From Ruminococcus sp. (GTDB taxonomy: Bacteria; Bacillota; Clostridia; Oscillospirales; Ruminococcaceae): a stretch of DNA of 64,000 nt. The translations under genes were made by a program, and so were the position numbers. This document shows positions 30,307 through 39,502 of the stretch, piece after piece (within the stretch, counting starts at the first letter, position 1; every line of letters begins with the position of its first letter). The DNA is taken from the NCBI GenBank assembly GCA_021202895.1, contig JAJQCE010000029.1, positions 9,664-73,663 on the forward strand, given 5' to 3'. Below the pieces are notes generated by a model. That model had not been told where the DNA came from. It saw only the letters and a program-made list of their open reading frames with translations, and searched no databases.

Positions 30307-31275
30307 TTAATTCTCCTCATCAATCCATTTTGCGGCATCAAGTGCATGGTACGTTATAATTATATTTGCACCCGCACGTTTTATTGACGTTAAATTCTCC
30401 ATTACAACACGCCTTTCGTCAATCCATCCAAGCTGAGCTGCCGCCTTTACCATTGAGTACTCACCACTGACGTTGTAGGCGGCAAGCGGTAAGTCGAAAC
30501 GCTTAGATGCTTCGTGAACAATATCAAGATAGGGCAACGCAGGCTTTACCATAACCATATCCGCACCTTCGTCAATGTCATCAGAAATTTCTCTTAATGC
30601 TTCCCTTGCGTTAGCGGAATCCATTTGGTAGGTTCTTCTGTCACCAAAAGCGGGAGCGGACTCAGCTGCATCTCTAAAAGGTGTGTAATACACGGATGCA
30701 AATTTTGCACTGTATGCCATGATTGGTGTGTATACAAAGCCATTTTCATCAAGAGATCTGCGAATAGCTGCAACTCGCCCATCCATCATGTCTGACGGGG
30801 CAATAATGTCCGCTCCTGCCTTAGCCATGCTAACTGCCATTTCACAAAGAAGAGGAAGTGTTTGGTCGTTTAGTATTACACCATCCTTTACAACTCCGCA
30901 ATGTCCATGTGAAGTGTACTCGCAAAGACAAATATCAGCAATTACCAAAAGCTTAGGAAATTCAGATTTTATGTATCTTATCGCACGCTGAGTAATTCCG
31001 TTGTCATCATATGCACTTGTTGCCAGCTCATCCTTTTCATTCGGTATTCCAAAAATTAAAACTCCCGAAATCTCACTATCTGATACCTGTTTAATAAGTT
31101 CATATAAATTGTCCAAAGGATATTGAAATATTCCTGGCATAGAGTCAATCGGTTTCTTTTCAATTATGCTATCTGAAACAAACATAGGATAGATAAGTTC
31201 GCTTTTTGAAAGTCTTGTTTCTCTCACCAATTCTCTCATTGCATTACTTGTTCTAAGTCTTCTAAATCTGCGCAT
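30307..31275 (-). CDS. hemB: Porphobilinogen synthase
   Basis: [38 protein letters not shown]. Confidence 0.97.
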   Translation of the reverse strand: MRRFRRLRTSNAMRELVRETRLSKSELIYPMFVSDSIIEKKPIDSMPGIFQYPLDNLYELIKQVSDSEISGVLIFGIPNEKDELATSAYDDNGITQRAIRYIKSEFPKLLVIADICLCEYTSHGHCGVVKDGVILNDQTLPLLCEMAVSMAKAGADIIAPSDMMDGRVAAIRRSLDENGFVYTPIMAYSAKFASVYYTPFRDAAESAPAFGDRRTYQMDSANAREALREISDDIDEGADMVMVKPALPYLDIVHEASKRFDLPLAAYNVSGEYSMVKAAAQLGWIDERRVVMENLTSIKRAGANIIITYHALDAAKWIDEEN

Positions 31276-32749
31276 TATTGTTCTTCCTTTTGATTAGAAA
31301 TATAGTATTTTCTATGCTTTCCACGGATGAACTTTTTGAAATTGATATGTTTTTTACTTTTCTTTTCTCAAGCTCATTTTGAGTAGGCTTCCCAATACAA
31401 ATTGCATATGAATCGTCATTTACTTTACCACCCATTTCAAAGAAAGCTCTAACTCCAGCAGTGCTTGCAAAAATATAATATTTGCAGTTTTGGGGAGGAT
31501 TTAGCTGCAAAGCCTTTGTTTCATATACTTTTATGTCTTCATAGCACATATTACTATTGTCCAAAATTTTGGTCAGATCGTCCGAACCATTTTTGGCTCT
31601 TGCAATTAGTATTTTTTCACTTTTATCAAATCTTTCGCATAACATCTGAGCAAGCTTTTTTGATGTAGCAACGTCAGGTATGAAATCCGTAAATATTCCA
31701 TGCTTCTCAATTGCTCTAGCAGTACTTTTACCAACAGCCGCAAGCTTAATATTGCTAAGTCTGCGCAAATCTATGCACTCTTTTACAAGTGCCTCAAAGA
31801 ATGCTTCGACTCCGCTGGCGCTTGTAAAGGCAGCACATCTAAAGCTCTCTATATTCTGCAAAGCTGCTTTTAAACTGGGATTATCTGCTTTCTTAATAAT
31901 TTCAAGGCACGGCAGAGAAAGAACATTTGCTCCGTCATTTTCAAGTAGCTTTGACATCCTATTTACTATGTTTTGACTTCCCGTAACGCACACGCTTACT
32001 CCGCTTAGTTTCTTATTTAATTTTGTAGTCAGTTCAAGCTCGGCAGTCTTTCCGACAACGAAAACTGCGGGAGGCTCGAGTTCCTCTTCTGAAACCACCC
32101 TTGCAATATCACAAAGAGGTGCCCTAACAACCTTTTGTCTTGATGTCGCACCATTTGAAATTACAGCAGACGGTGTAGCTTTGTCCACTCCATTTAAAAT
32201 AAGATTGTCCGCAATTTGCATTATTTTTTTTAGTCCCATCATAAATACAAGTGTTCCGTCACTGCTTGCAAGCCGTGAAAAATCATCTGGAAAATCATTT
32301 CGCATAGTATTTGCTGTAATGACCTCGAAGGATCTGCTCACATCTCTGTGTGTAACAGGAATTCCCGCAAGCTCAGCAGCGGCAATTGCCGATGAAATTC
32401 CAGGCACTATCTCAAAATCTATGTTAGCTTGCTTTAGCGCAATCGCTTCCTCTCCGCCACGTCCAAAAACAAACGGATCTCCACCCTTAAGACGCACTAC
32501 ATTCTTGCCTTTCATGGCATTTTTTATTATCAAGCTGTTAATCTCTTCCTGAGTAGAACTGTACTTTCCAGCACGTTTGCCTACAGAAAATTTTTCGGCT
32601 TTTTTAGCAAAAGACAAAAGACGAATATCAATTAATGCATCGTAAATTACCACATCACATTCGCCCAAAATCTGCATTCCTCTTACAGTTATAAGGTCAT
32701 AATCACCACAGCCTGCGCCTACAAGTGAAACTCTTCCCATTTGACTCAT
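31262..32749 (-). CDS. cobA: Uroporphyrinogen-III C-methyltransferase / synthase fusion (CobA-HemD)
   Basis: [30 protein letters not shown]; C-terminal FTSASGV and AVGKSTA HemD-like domain. Confidence 0.92.
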   Translation of the reverse strand: MSQMGRVSLVGAGCGDYDLITVRGMQILGECDVVIYDALIDIRLLSFAKKAEKFSVGKRAGKYSSTQEEINSLIIKNAMKGKNVVRLKGGDPFVFGRGGEEAIALKQANIDFEIVPGISSAIAAAELAGIPVTHRDVSRSFEVITANTMRNDFPDDFSRLASSDGTLVFMMGLKKIMQIADNLILNGVDKATPSAVISNGATSRQKVVRAPLCDIARVVSEEELEPPAVFVVGKTAELELTTKLNKKLSGVSVCVTGSQNIVNRMSKLLENDGANVLSLPCLEIIKKADNPSLKAALQNIESFRCAAFTSASGVEAFFEALVKECIDLRRLSNIKLAAVGKSTARAIEKHGIFTDFIPDVATSKKLAQMLCERFDKSEKILIARAKNGSDDLTKILDNSNMCYEDIKVYETKALQLNPPQNCKYYIFASTAGVRAFFEMGGKVNDDSYAICIGKPTQNELEKRKVKNISISKSSSVESIENTIFLIKRKNNNAQI

Positions 32750-33609
32750 AGCTGTCTCACCAGCCTTTCAATAAGCTTATATCGATTTTCCAACAAATCC
32801 TCTCCAAAGGCTCTATTAAAGCCGTCAGATGTTATCCTGACAGTTATTTTTTGCTCATCTGCTACAGAGTAAACGCCAATTGGCATAGAACAATCTGCAT
32901 CAAGCAGAGATAAAAGATACCTTTCTGTGTCAAAGCTAATATGAGTTTTGGCATTATCAATTTTCTTTAGCAACTCACAGACTTTGCTGTCTTTTCTAGC
33001 TTGAATCGCAATTATTCCTTGACAGGGTGCAGGTAAAAATTCATCTGGACTAAATCTTTTTATTTTTAATCCATCACGCTTGCTAAAACCTAAACGTTCC
33101 AACCCAGCTGCTGCAAGCATTATCGCATCAAATTCACCTTCACGCAGCTTTTGTATACGTGTGTCAACATTCCCTCTGATATCACCAAAGGATGCGAGCG
33201 GATAAAAGCTTAAAAGCTCTCGTATTCTGCGCAAGGAGCCTGTGCCAACTGAAAATAAATCATCTGCTGCTGGCTCAAACTCCTCAAGCGTCACAAGCGC
33301 ATCCCGACAATCACCTCTAGGAAGAACAGCGCAAATATCTGTTCCATCAGCAAGCTTAAGCGGCAAATCCTTTGCACTGTGAATGGCTATATCAGCATTT
33401 TCGCTAAGAAGTGCTTCTTCCACATTTCTAACAAAGATTCCTTGAGTATTAAAATTTGAAAGAGACGTTTTTTGATCAATATCCCCTGGCGATTTTATAG
33501 TCTTAATCTCAAAGTTCAAGTCCAAAAAAAAGGACTTTAAAGCATCTATAACGATTTCACACTGTTTAAGCGAGAGTTTAGATCCTCTTGCTACAATTGT
33601 TATTTTCAT
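32746..33609 (-). CDS. hemC: Hydroxymethylbilane synthase
   Basis: RGSKLS, GD, HSAKDLP, GTGSLRR, RGNVDTR, LAAAGLERLG, PAPCQG. Confidence 0.95.
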   Translation of the reverse strand: MKITIVARGSKLSLKQCEIVIDALKSFFLDLNFEIKTIKSPGDIDQKTSLSNFNTQGIFVRNVEEALLSENADIAIHSAKDLPLKLADGTDICAVLPRGDCRDALVTLEEFEPAADDLFSVGTGSLRRIRELLSFYPLASFGDIRGNVDTRIQKLREGEFDAIMLAAAGLERLGFSKRDGLKIKRFSPDEFLPAPCQGIIAIQARKDSKVCELLKKIDNAKTHISFDTERYLLSLLDADCSMPIGVYSVADEQKITVRITSDGFNRAFGEDLLENRYKLIERLVRQL

Positions 33610-34216
33610 TTTTTCCTTCCTCAAGCAGCTTTAAAACTTTTTCTTTCGCTTTTGATTTTTTCTCATTCATACATATCTCAAAAATAAGCGATATAATGTG
33701 ATTTTTTGTTTTTGTATCTGAATATATTTCTTGTAAGTCTTTGCGATACTCTCCCAAAATTTCTACAGCGAAAGACAAATTATCGGTCAAAACATCATCA
33801 ATTTTTTCTCTTACAAATGATGAAACAAATGGACTTTTCCCATTTGTAGTTACCGCTGCAGTTATATCTCCGTTTTTTGATATAGCGGGAAAAATAAAGC
33901 TGCATTTTTCTTTATCGTCAACGGTATTTATAAGAATATTTTCGTCCTGACAAAGTCTGAAAATATACTCATTTAATTGCTCATCATCGGTTGCAGCAAT
34001 AACGCAAAAAGCATTTTTAATATCCTTGTCAGAAAACTCTCGTTTATGAACAGTAACGTCTAGTTTTCCAAATTCTTCACATACATCCTTAGCGACAATT
34101 TTAATTTTTGCACCAAATTCCATAAGCTTTTGAGCCTTTCTGTAGGCCACCTTTCCGCCGCCTACAACTAAAATCTCTTTGTCACATACATCTATAAAAA
34201 ACGGAAAATAGCTCAT
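33578..34216 (-). CDS. Precorrin-2 dehydrogenase / sirohydrochlorin ferrochelatase (SirC/Met8/CysG N-terminal type)
   Basis: YFPFFID, LVVGGGKVAYRK, IAATDD, NTVD...FIFP. Confidence 0.9.
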   Translation of the reverse strand: MSYFPFFIDVCDKEILVVGGGKVAYRKAQKLMEFGAKIKIVAKDVCEEFGKLDVTVHKREFSDKDIKNAFCVIAATDDEQLNEYIFRLCQDENILINTVDDKEKCSFIFPAISKNGDITAAVTTNGKSPFVSSFVREKIDDVLTDNLSFAVEILGEYRKDLQEIYSDTKTKNHIISLIFEICMNEKKSKAKEKVLKLLEEGKNENNNCSKRI

Positions 34217-35346
34217 TTGTTTTGCTCCTCTAAAAGTTTTGATAAGGCTGTCAGAACTGCGTCAAACTGCGAGAATTCAAGACTTGACTTTAACGTGATA
34301 ATTAGTTTCCTTGCATCTATCTGCCTCTCACAAATTTGATTTAAAGTCGGCTGAAAACTATGATAAGCAAGTTCCTTTTCCAATTCATTAGTCTTAAGAT
34401 GAATTATTTCCTTTGCGGACAAAGCGATTTTTTCTTTTCGTTTGTTGTTTTGCTCCGCCATATTTTTAAAGTCATCAATGGTAAGAAGCTTCACTCCTTC
34501 GATTGTTTTTACATGCGAATCGATGTCGGGCGGCACGGCTAAATCTATAAAAAGCCTTGACTTTTCCTCTTTAATTGCATTATCTATCTCATTGTAATTT
34601 AGCGTGTAATGTGGTGCGTTAGTTGCACTTATAACGCAATCCATTTTGTCAATCAGCTTGTATCTGTCCGAAAAATCGTACAGCTTTACTCCCAGCTCTT
34701 TTGCAAGCTCTATATCCCTATTTCTGCTTCTCGTAGTAGCATAAGCTGTTACATTTTTATGTGCAATTAGATTTTTTAGAGTAGAAAGTCCAATCTTTCC
34801 GGTTGCACCGATCACAAGCGCATTAACAGCTGTATTTGTGAATTTTGCAGCAGCATTTGCCGCAAGTGTTGCTATAGAAACTGGGATAGTCGAAAGAGAA
34901 GTGCTTGTCTTTATTTTCTTGGCACAGGCAAATGCCGTTTGAAAAATCATGTTAAACTGTGAGGATACACAGCCACATTCGTTTGCGTTTTCGTAAGCCT
35001 CTTTAAGCTGCCGCAATATTTCATCCTCGCCTATCACCATCGAATCAAGACCAGCTGCAAGAGAAAATAAATGCTCTATCGCCTGGTGTCCACAAAATCG
35101 CATTACATACGGCCCAAGCTCATTTTCTTCAAAGTTCCCTATCTTAGAAAGAACGTGCGATATTTCTTCCCAATATTCTCCTTCAAAATAAATCTCAGTG
35201 CGATTGCAGGTACAAAGCATTACACATTCATTAGTGAAACTTGATTTTATTTTTTCGATAAGTTTGACTTGCTCACTCTTGCTCAACGCAAGCTGACTTC
35301 TAATTTTCTGTGGAGCAAGCTTATAGTTTATACTAGTGCAGTTCAT
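34213..35346 (-). CDS. hemA: Glutamyl-tRNA reductase
   Basis: LCTCNRTEIY, GLDSMVIGEDEILRQLK, IGATGKIG, DLAVPPDI. Confidence 0.93.
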   Translation of the reverse strand: MNCTSINYKLAPQKIRSQLALSKSEQVKLIEKIKSSFTNECVMLCTCNRTEIYFEGEYWEEISHVLSKIGNFEENELGPYVMRFCGHQAIEHLFSLAAGLDSMVIGEDEILRQLKEAYENANECGCVSSQFNMIFQTAFACAKKIKTSTSLSTIPVSIATLAANAAAKFTNTAVNALVIGATGKIGLSTLKNLIAHKNVTAYATTRSRNRDIELAKELGVKLYDFSDRYKLIDKMDCVISATNAPHYTLNYNEIDNAIKEEKSRLFIDLAVPPDIDSHVKTIEGVKLLTIDDFKNMAEQNNKRKEKIALSAKEIIHLKTNELEKELAYHSFQPTLNQICERQIDARKLIITLKSSLEFSQFDAVLTALSKLLEEQNK

Positions 35347-35379
35347 TTATTTCATCCTTGCCTTATACAAAATTTATTT

Positions 35380-35417
35380 CCTACTAAAATTATAGCACTT
35401 TATTTTTCGTTTGTCAA
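35380..35417 (-). promoter_or_regulatory. sigmaA promoter of the hem/siroheme operon with Rrf2-type box
   Basis: TTGACA (35412-35417)-17-TATAAT (35389-35394); CCTAC-TAAAATT-ATAGC at 35380-35396. Confidence 0.75.
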
Positions 35418-35460
35418 TATAAAAGCAGTCCGACACATTTAAAACATCAACTGCGAAGGG

Positions 35461-35898
35461 TTATGCTTTTGTCGCAACCTTTTTTACCTCATGCACTAAT
35501 GTATCAACCTGTTGAGCGTTATTAAACACGTTTAGAGAAAAACGGTACTGTACCTTGTTCGAGAGCATCAAGCGTTTGGTGGGCAAGTGTGGCGCAGTGC
35601 AGATAAAATCAAAACCATCCGAAAACGATATATTCAAAAGCTCCGCCGTATTGCTTAATCCCTTTTACAGCCATTTTGAGTGCCAAGGTAGAGTTTGAAG
35701 TAAAAATTGTATTTTCAGTCAATGCTCCATACATCTCAGCTGCGGACTCACGCACGTTAAATACCTATCCAGCAGTCATAACAGAAAGAGCATGTCCACC
35801 CTTTCTAAGGATTACCGCCATATTTTGTTATAGCTTGATTTACTGCAGCACGAACAGATGCAGAGGAATGCTATAGTCGAATTGTCAAAGTTAATCAA
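35461..35898 (-). pseudogene. Heavily deleted cysteine desulfurase-family (class V aminotransferase) relic
   Basis: RBS + TTG LINFDNST; SVRAAVNQAITKYGGNP; GGHALSVMTAG*VFNVRESAAEMYG..ENTIFTSNST.AL.MAVKG; FDFICTAPH; LEQGTVP; NVFNNAQQVDTLVHEVKKV; about 440 bp, several frameshifts and stops. Confidence 0.75.
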
Positions 35899-35984
35899 TA
35901 CCTTTCACCTCTTTTTTTACAACAAATGTGATTAATAAATACAATTATCTTTATTATAATATGAAAAAGAGGGAATTTAAGTTA

Positions 35985-36031
35985 GAAAAACGACTGCCGC
36001 ATTTTTCTTTTACAATGCAGCAATCGTTTTC
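35985..36031 (-). terminator. Probable terminator of the ASST operon
   Basis: Imperfect inverted repeat GAAAAACGA..GCATT / AATGC..TCGTTTTC. Confidence 0.5.
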
Positions 36032-36049
36032 TATGTTTAGAGACGGTTT

Positions 36050-37549
36050 TTAGTTATCCTCAAGATCACTCTTGTTTACGCTTGCAACGCAAAAATCAAT
36101 TCTTTCGTCCTTATCCTTGCTTGAATTGCCGCCGCCTGTCATACCAACATTCTTGTTGGGATCTATTCCATCGACTGCGGTAACCTCGCCAGTTCCCTCG
36201 CCCTTTGATGCTCCAGGAACTCTAAACGTCGAAACGTCTATAGGCTCAATCGATGTTTCAACAGGCTTTTCAAGCTGAGGAATCCACTCGTATGGAACAC
36301 GGTATGCACGATAAACCATGTTGTTTCTAACCTTGCCGCCTATTTTGTTGAAATAAGGATTGATATACTCCCACACAATTTCATGCTCAGGTGTGACCTC
36401 AATAAGACGACCGTCCGACCCTTCGGTGATTAGCGTGTTGCCGTTAGGAAGACGCTGCGCTGCACTTATGTACGAGCTGTAGAACTTTGAAGCGTCACTA
36501 AACAAGAAATGTCCAGCCTCTAAGGGAGTGTACTGCCATGTGATTTCAAGCGTCACAGGATTAAACTGCAGCACTCTCGAGTAGTCACGGTGAGCGTTGT
36601 TTACGCCCGTTGCAGATGCAGGATTAGGAACGCCGTAGCCTCCCTCTCCGCCGTTGTCGAATACTAACAGGTCGCCTTCCCCGGGTAAGCCCTTAGGTAT
36701 CATGTGAAGGTGATGCTGACCAATTATCCATCCAAGCTTTCTTGTAGCCTCGTTTTCGTTAAAATCAGGACCTAAACGCCATACTATCTTACCTGTTTCA
36801 CGGTCAATAATTGCTAAGATATTTGAATTTCTAGCATCAAAGATGATATTATTAGGATTAAATCTCTCGTCACCCGCATCATACCACTTGTTTTCACCAA
36901 GTGTAGCAAAATTGTTTATGTGCATCCAATCTCCGCCCGCATCACCGTGAACTCCTGGATTGCGGTAGAGTGTGTTCTTTGCAGCTTCGTCAAAGCCAAG
37001 CTCGTCAAAGTGATCGCTTGCTTTCCAACTCCAAAGGATGTTGCCCTCCCAGTCAACCTCAATAATCTTGTCGTCAATAAGACGCTTATCTGAGATGTTG
37101 TGGTTGTAGACATTTTCATGAGTTAGAATCAACGTCTTTCCGCTGTCTATTTTAGGCTCGCCGCCTGGATAATAGTATCCTACGGTATTACCCTCACGCT
37201 GAAAATCGTGATGCTGTCTTGCCATATACTGTGGCTCTTCACCAGGATCCGCTACAAGCTCGGTTTTATCAAACTTCCAGACGATGTGTCCATCCCAGTC
37301 AACCTGAACTAAGTCAAGCTGGTCTTGATAGCCTGCCTTTGCAGTACGTCTGCCAGTAGAGCCAAAAACGTATCCGCCAGGGAGAATCTTGTTCGGAAAA
37401 CCTCCCAAGCCTGCCCAAAGCTTAACCTCGTTGCCATTCATGTCTACAAGCAGTGCACCCTTTGTAGATGGAAAAATCGTGTAACCACTGTATGTTTTGT
37501 CTTTGTTAAAAATTGTTGTCCCCGTAGGGAATACGCTAGGATAGCCCAT
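36050..37549 (-). CDS. Aryl-sulfate sulfotransferase family protein (ASST-1), cytoplasmic, with C-terminal Cys tail
   Basis: Beta-propeller-type repeats (EVDWEGNILWSW, TGKIVWRLG), QHHD, DWMHIN, DARN, GQHH, VFDNG, SSAQRLPNGNTLITEG-type motif; no signal peptide. Confidence 0.85.
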   Translation of the reverse strand: MGYPSVFPTGTTIFNKDKTYSGYTIFPSTKGALLVDMNGNEVKLWAGLGGFPNKILPGGYVFGSTGRRTAKAGYQDQLDLVQVDWDGHIVWKFDKTELVADPGEEPQYMARQHHDFQREGNTVGYYYPGGEPKIDSGKTLILTHENVYNHNISDKRLIDDKIIEVDWEGNILWSWKASDHFDELGFDEAAKNTLYRNPGVHGDAGGDWMHINNFATLGENKWYDAGDERFNPNNIIFDARNSNILAIIDRETGKIVWRLGPDFNENEATRKLGWIIGQHHLHMIPKGLPGEGDLLVFDNGGEGGYGVPNPASATGVNNAHRDYSRVLQFNPVTLEITWQYTPLEAGHFLFSDASKFYSSYISAAQRLPNGNTLITEGSDGRLIEVTPEHEIVWEYINPYFNKIGGKVRNNMVYRAYRVPYEWIPQLEKPVETSIEPIDVSTFRVPGASKGEGTGEVTAVDGIDPNKNVGMTGGGNSSKDKDERIDFCVASVNKSDLEDN

Positions 37550-37550
37550 G

Positions 37551-38933
37551 TTACTTTACCTCCGTTACTTCGCCCTCACCAATGACACTCACTGTGCCGG
37601 GCACTCTAAATGTTTCAATATCGACTGGTTTAATGTCAACCTCTTCAGGTCTTGAAAGCTGCGGAACCCACTCATAAGGAACTCTGTAAGCTCTGAAGAG
37701 AAAGTTGGTCTTTTTTGTTTTATCTGAAAAATGCGTTTCAAAATAGGGATTTATGTATTCCCATACTATTTCATGCTCTGCTGTAACCTCTAACACTCTT
37801 CCATCTGAACCCTCAGTAATAAGAGTGTTGCCGTTTGGAAGCCGCTGTGCTGAGCTTACGTACGAGCTGAAAAATTTCGTTGGGTCTGTGAATGTGTTGA
37901 ATCCAGCCTCTTCAGGTGTATACTGCCAAGTTATATCAAGAGTTACGGGGTTAAACTGCAAAACCCTTGAATAGTTTCTCTGATAATGATTAATTCCCGT
38001 TTCAGAGTTTACCGTCGGCACACCATAGCCAGATGCTCCTCCATTATCGAAAACGAGAATGTCACCTTCGCCAGGCAGACCTTTTTGAATAAGGTGCAGA
38101 TGATGCTGTCCCATTATCTGTCCTAACTTCTTTAAAGCTTCGTTTTCGCTGAATTCAGGTCCCAATCTCCATACAACTTTACCTGTTTTCTTCTCAATAA
38201 TACCAAGTATATTTGCCTGTCTTGCATCAAAAAGAATATTCTCAGGATTAAAGCGTTCATCGCCGTTATCATACCACTTGTTCTCACCAAGAATTGAAAT
38301 GTTATTAAACGTAAGCCAGTCGTGCCTTCCGCTTCCTCTTCCAGGCGTACGATAAATAGTATTCTTTGCTGCCTCATCAAAGCCAAGCTCGTCAAAGTGT
38401 TCCGACGCTTTCCAGCTCCATACAATATTACCCTGCCAATCAACTTCAATTATCTTTTCGTCATTGATTGTGTGTGGTGAAATTTTAGGATCATTTGTGC
38501 GTTCGTGGGTAATAATGATTGTGTTCTCGCCCTCCGTTTTAGGAAGACTGTTCGGTGAAAAATACCCTAACGGTAAGCTTTCTCTCTGCCAATCATGCGA
38601 TTGCTTTGCAACATAAACCTCACCATCATCCGTTTGGATTTTTGTGTTTTTGTCAAACCTCCAAACTACATTTCCGTTCCAATCCACCTGCAAAAGGTCG
38701 GCACGCTCAAGAAATTCAAGCTTATCTCTGTACTTATTTGATGATGTCACAAGATAACCGCCAGGAAGAATTCTGTCAGGAAAGCCAAGTGTTCCTGTCC
38801 ATGTTTTAACTTCTCTTCCATTCATATCGATAAGCTGTGCGCCTTTTGCACTGTGAAAAATTGTATAACCGCTGTATGCCTTACTTTTATTATAAAGCGT
38901 CACACCAGTCGGGTAAACTGTTGGATAGCCCAT
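37551..38933 (-). CDS. Aryl-sulfate sulfotransferase family protein (ASST-2), cytoplasmic paralogue
   Basis: Colinear with ASST-1 (e.g. SEHFDELGFDEAAKN, RVLQFNPVTL, QRLPNGNTLITEGSDGR); DWLTFN in place of DWMHIN; no Cys. Confidence 0.83.
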   Translation of the reverse strand: MGYPTVYPTGVTLYNKSKAYSGYTIFHSAKGAQLIDMNGREVKTWTGTLGFPDRILPGGYLVTSSNKYRDKLEFLERADLLQVDWNGNVVWRFDKNTKIQTDDGEVYVAKQSHDWQRESLPLGYFSPNSLPKTEGENTIIITHERTNDPKISPHTINDEKIIEVDWQGNIVWSWKASEHFDELGFDEAAKNTIYRTPGRGSGRHDWLTFNNISILGENKWYDNGDERFNPENILFDARQANILGIIEKKTGKVVWRLGPEFSENEALKKLGQIMGQHHLHLIQKGLPGEGDILVFDNGGASGYGVPTVNSETGINHYQRNYSRVLQFNPVTLDITWQYTPEEAGFNTFTDPTKFFSSYVSSAQRLPNGNTLITEGSDGRVLEVTAEHEIVWEYINPYFETHFSDKTKKTNFLFRAYRVPYEWVPQLSRPEEVDIKPVDIETFRVPGTVSVIGEGEVTEVK

Positions 38934-38951
38934 AAATAAGCCCCTTTTCTT

Positions 38952-39482
38952 TTAAAATGTTATTTTAATATCTTCGACTCTGTCTGAAAATACCTTTTGT
39001 GCCGACACAATGCCGTTATTGCCTAGATTTCTAACAAGTATAAGGCTGCCAATTTCGATAGCTTCATACGACACAAGCGGAAGTATTCCATTGTCAAGTA
39101 ATATCTCCTTTGTAGCACTGTCATAACCCTTTGCCAATATAGCTGCACTTCCTGAAGCTATAAGAAAAGACGCTGTATCATGGGTTAAGTCTGTAATTTT
39201 GTGATCTACGCTTATAATTCCCGAAAGTACTGTGTTTCTAATTCTAAACCCGTCAATGGTTCTTTTAAGAAAATCAATCCTTTCTCTAAGGAAAGATAGA
39301 TTTACAATCGGGCAGCTGTCGGTTTGTGCCGCAAGCTCACCAAGCTTGTAAGGCTTTGCCTTTTGCTCGAACTCTTCTCTCTCCTCAGCCGTTTTAGGCA
39401 GCTTGTCAGATATGACATAAAGCGATGCATCTGTAGAAATATCACGTCTGTTATAGGAGAGCTCTGCATATTTGTATTCCAA
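38952..39482 (-). CDS. Hypothetical protein; C-terminal half resembles an aconitase/LeuD swivel domain
   Basis: TTG start after GGAGG; GSAAILAKGY...LLDNGILPL resembles G..AVIA.SF.RI...N..N.G.LPL. Confidence 0.55.
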   Translation of the reverse strand: MEYKYAELSYNRRDISTDASLYVISDKLPKTAEEREEFEQKAKPYKLGELAAQTDSCPIVNLSFLRERIDFLKRTIDGFRIRNTVLSGIISVDHKITDLTHDTASFLIASGSAAILAKGYDSATKEILLDNGILPLVSYEAIEIGSLILVRNLGNNGIVSAQKVFSDRVEDIKITF

Positions 39483-39502
39483 AATATAACCTCCTTGTAT
39501 GC

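Noticed and set aside
29046-35346. Cobalamin or heme biosynthesis
   Set aside because: No cbi/cob, hemE/N/G/H or ahb genes in the window; the pathway here ends at sirohydrochlorin/siroheme.
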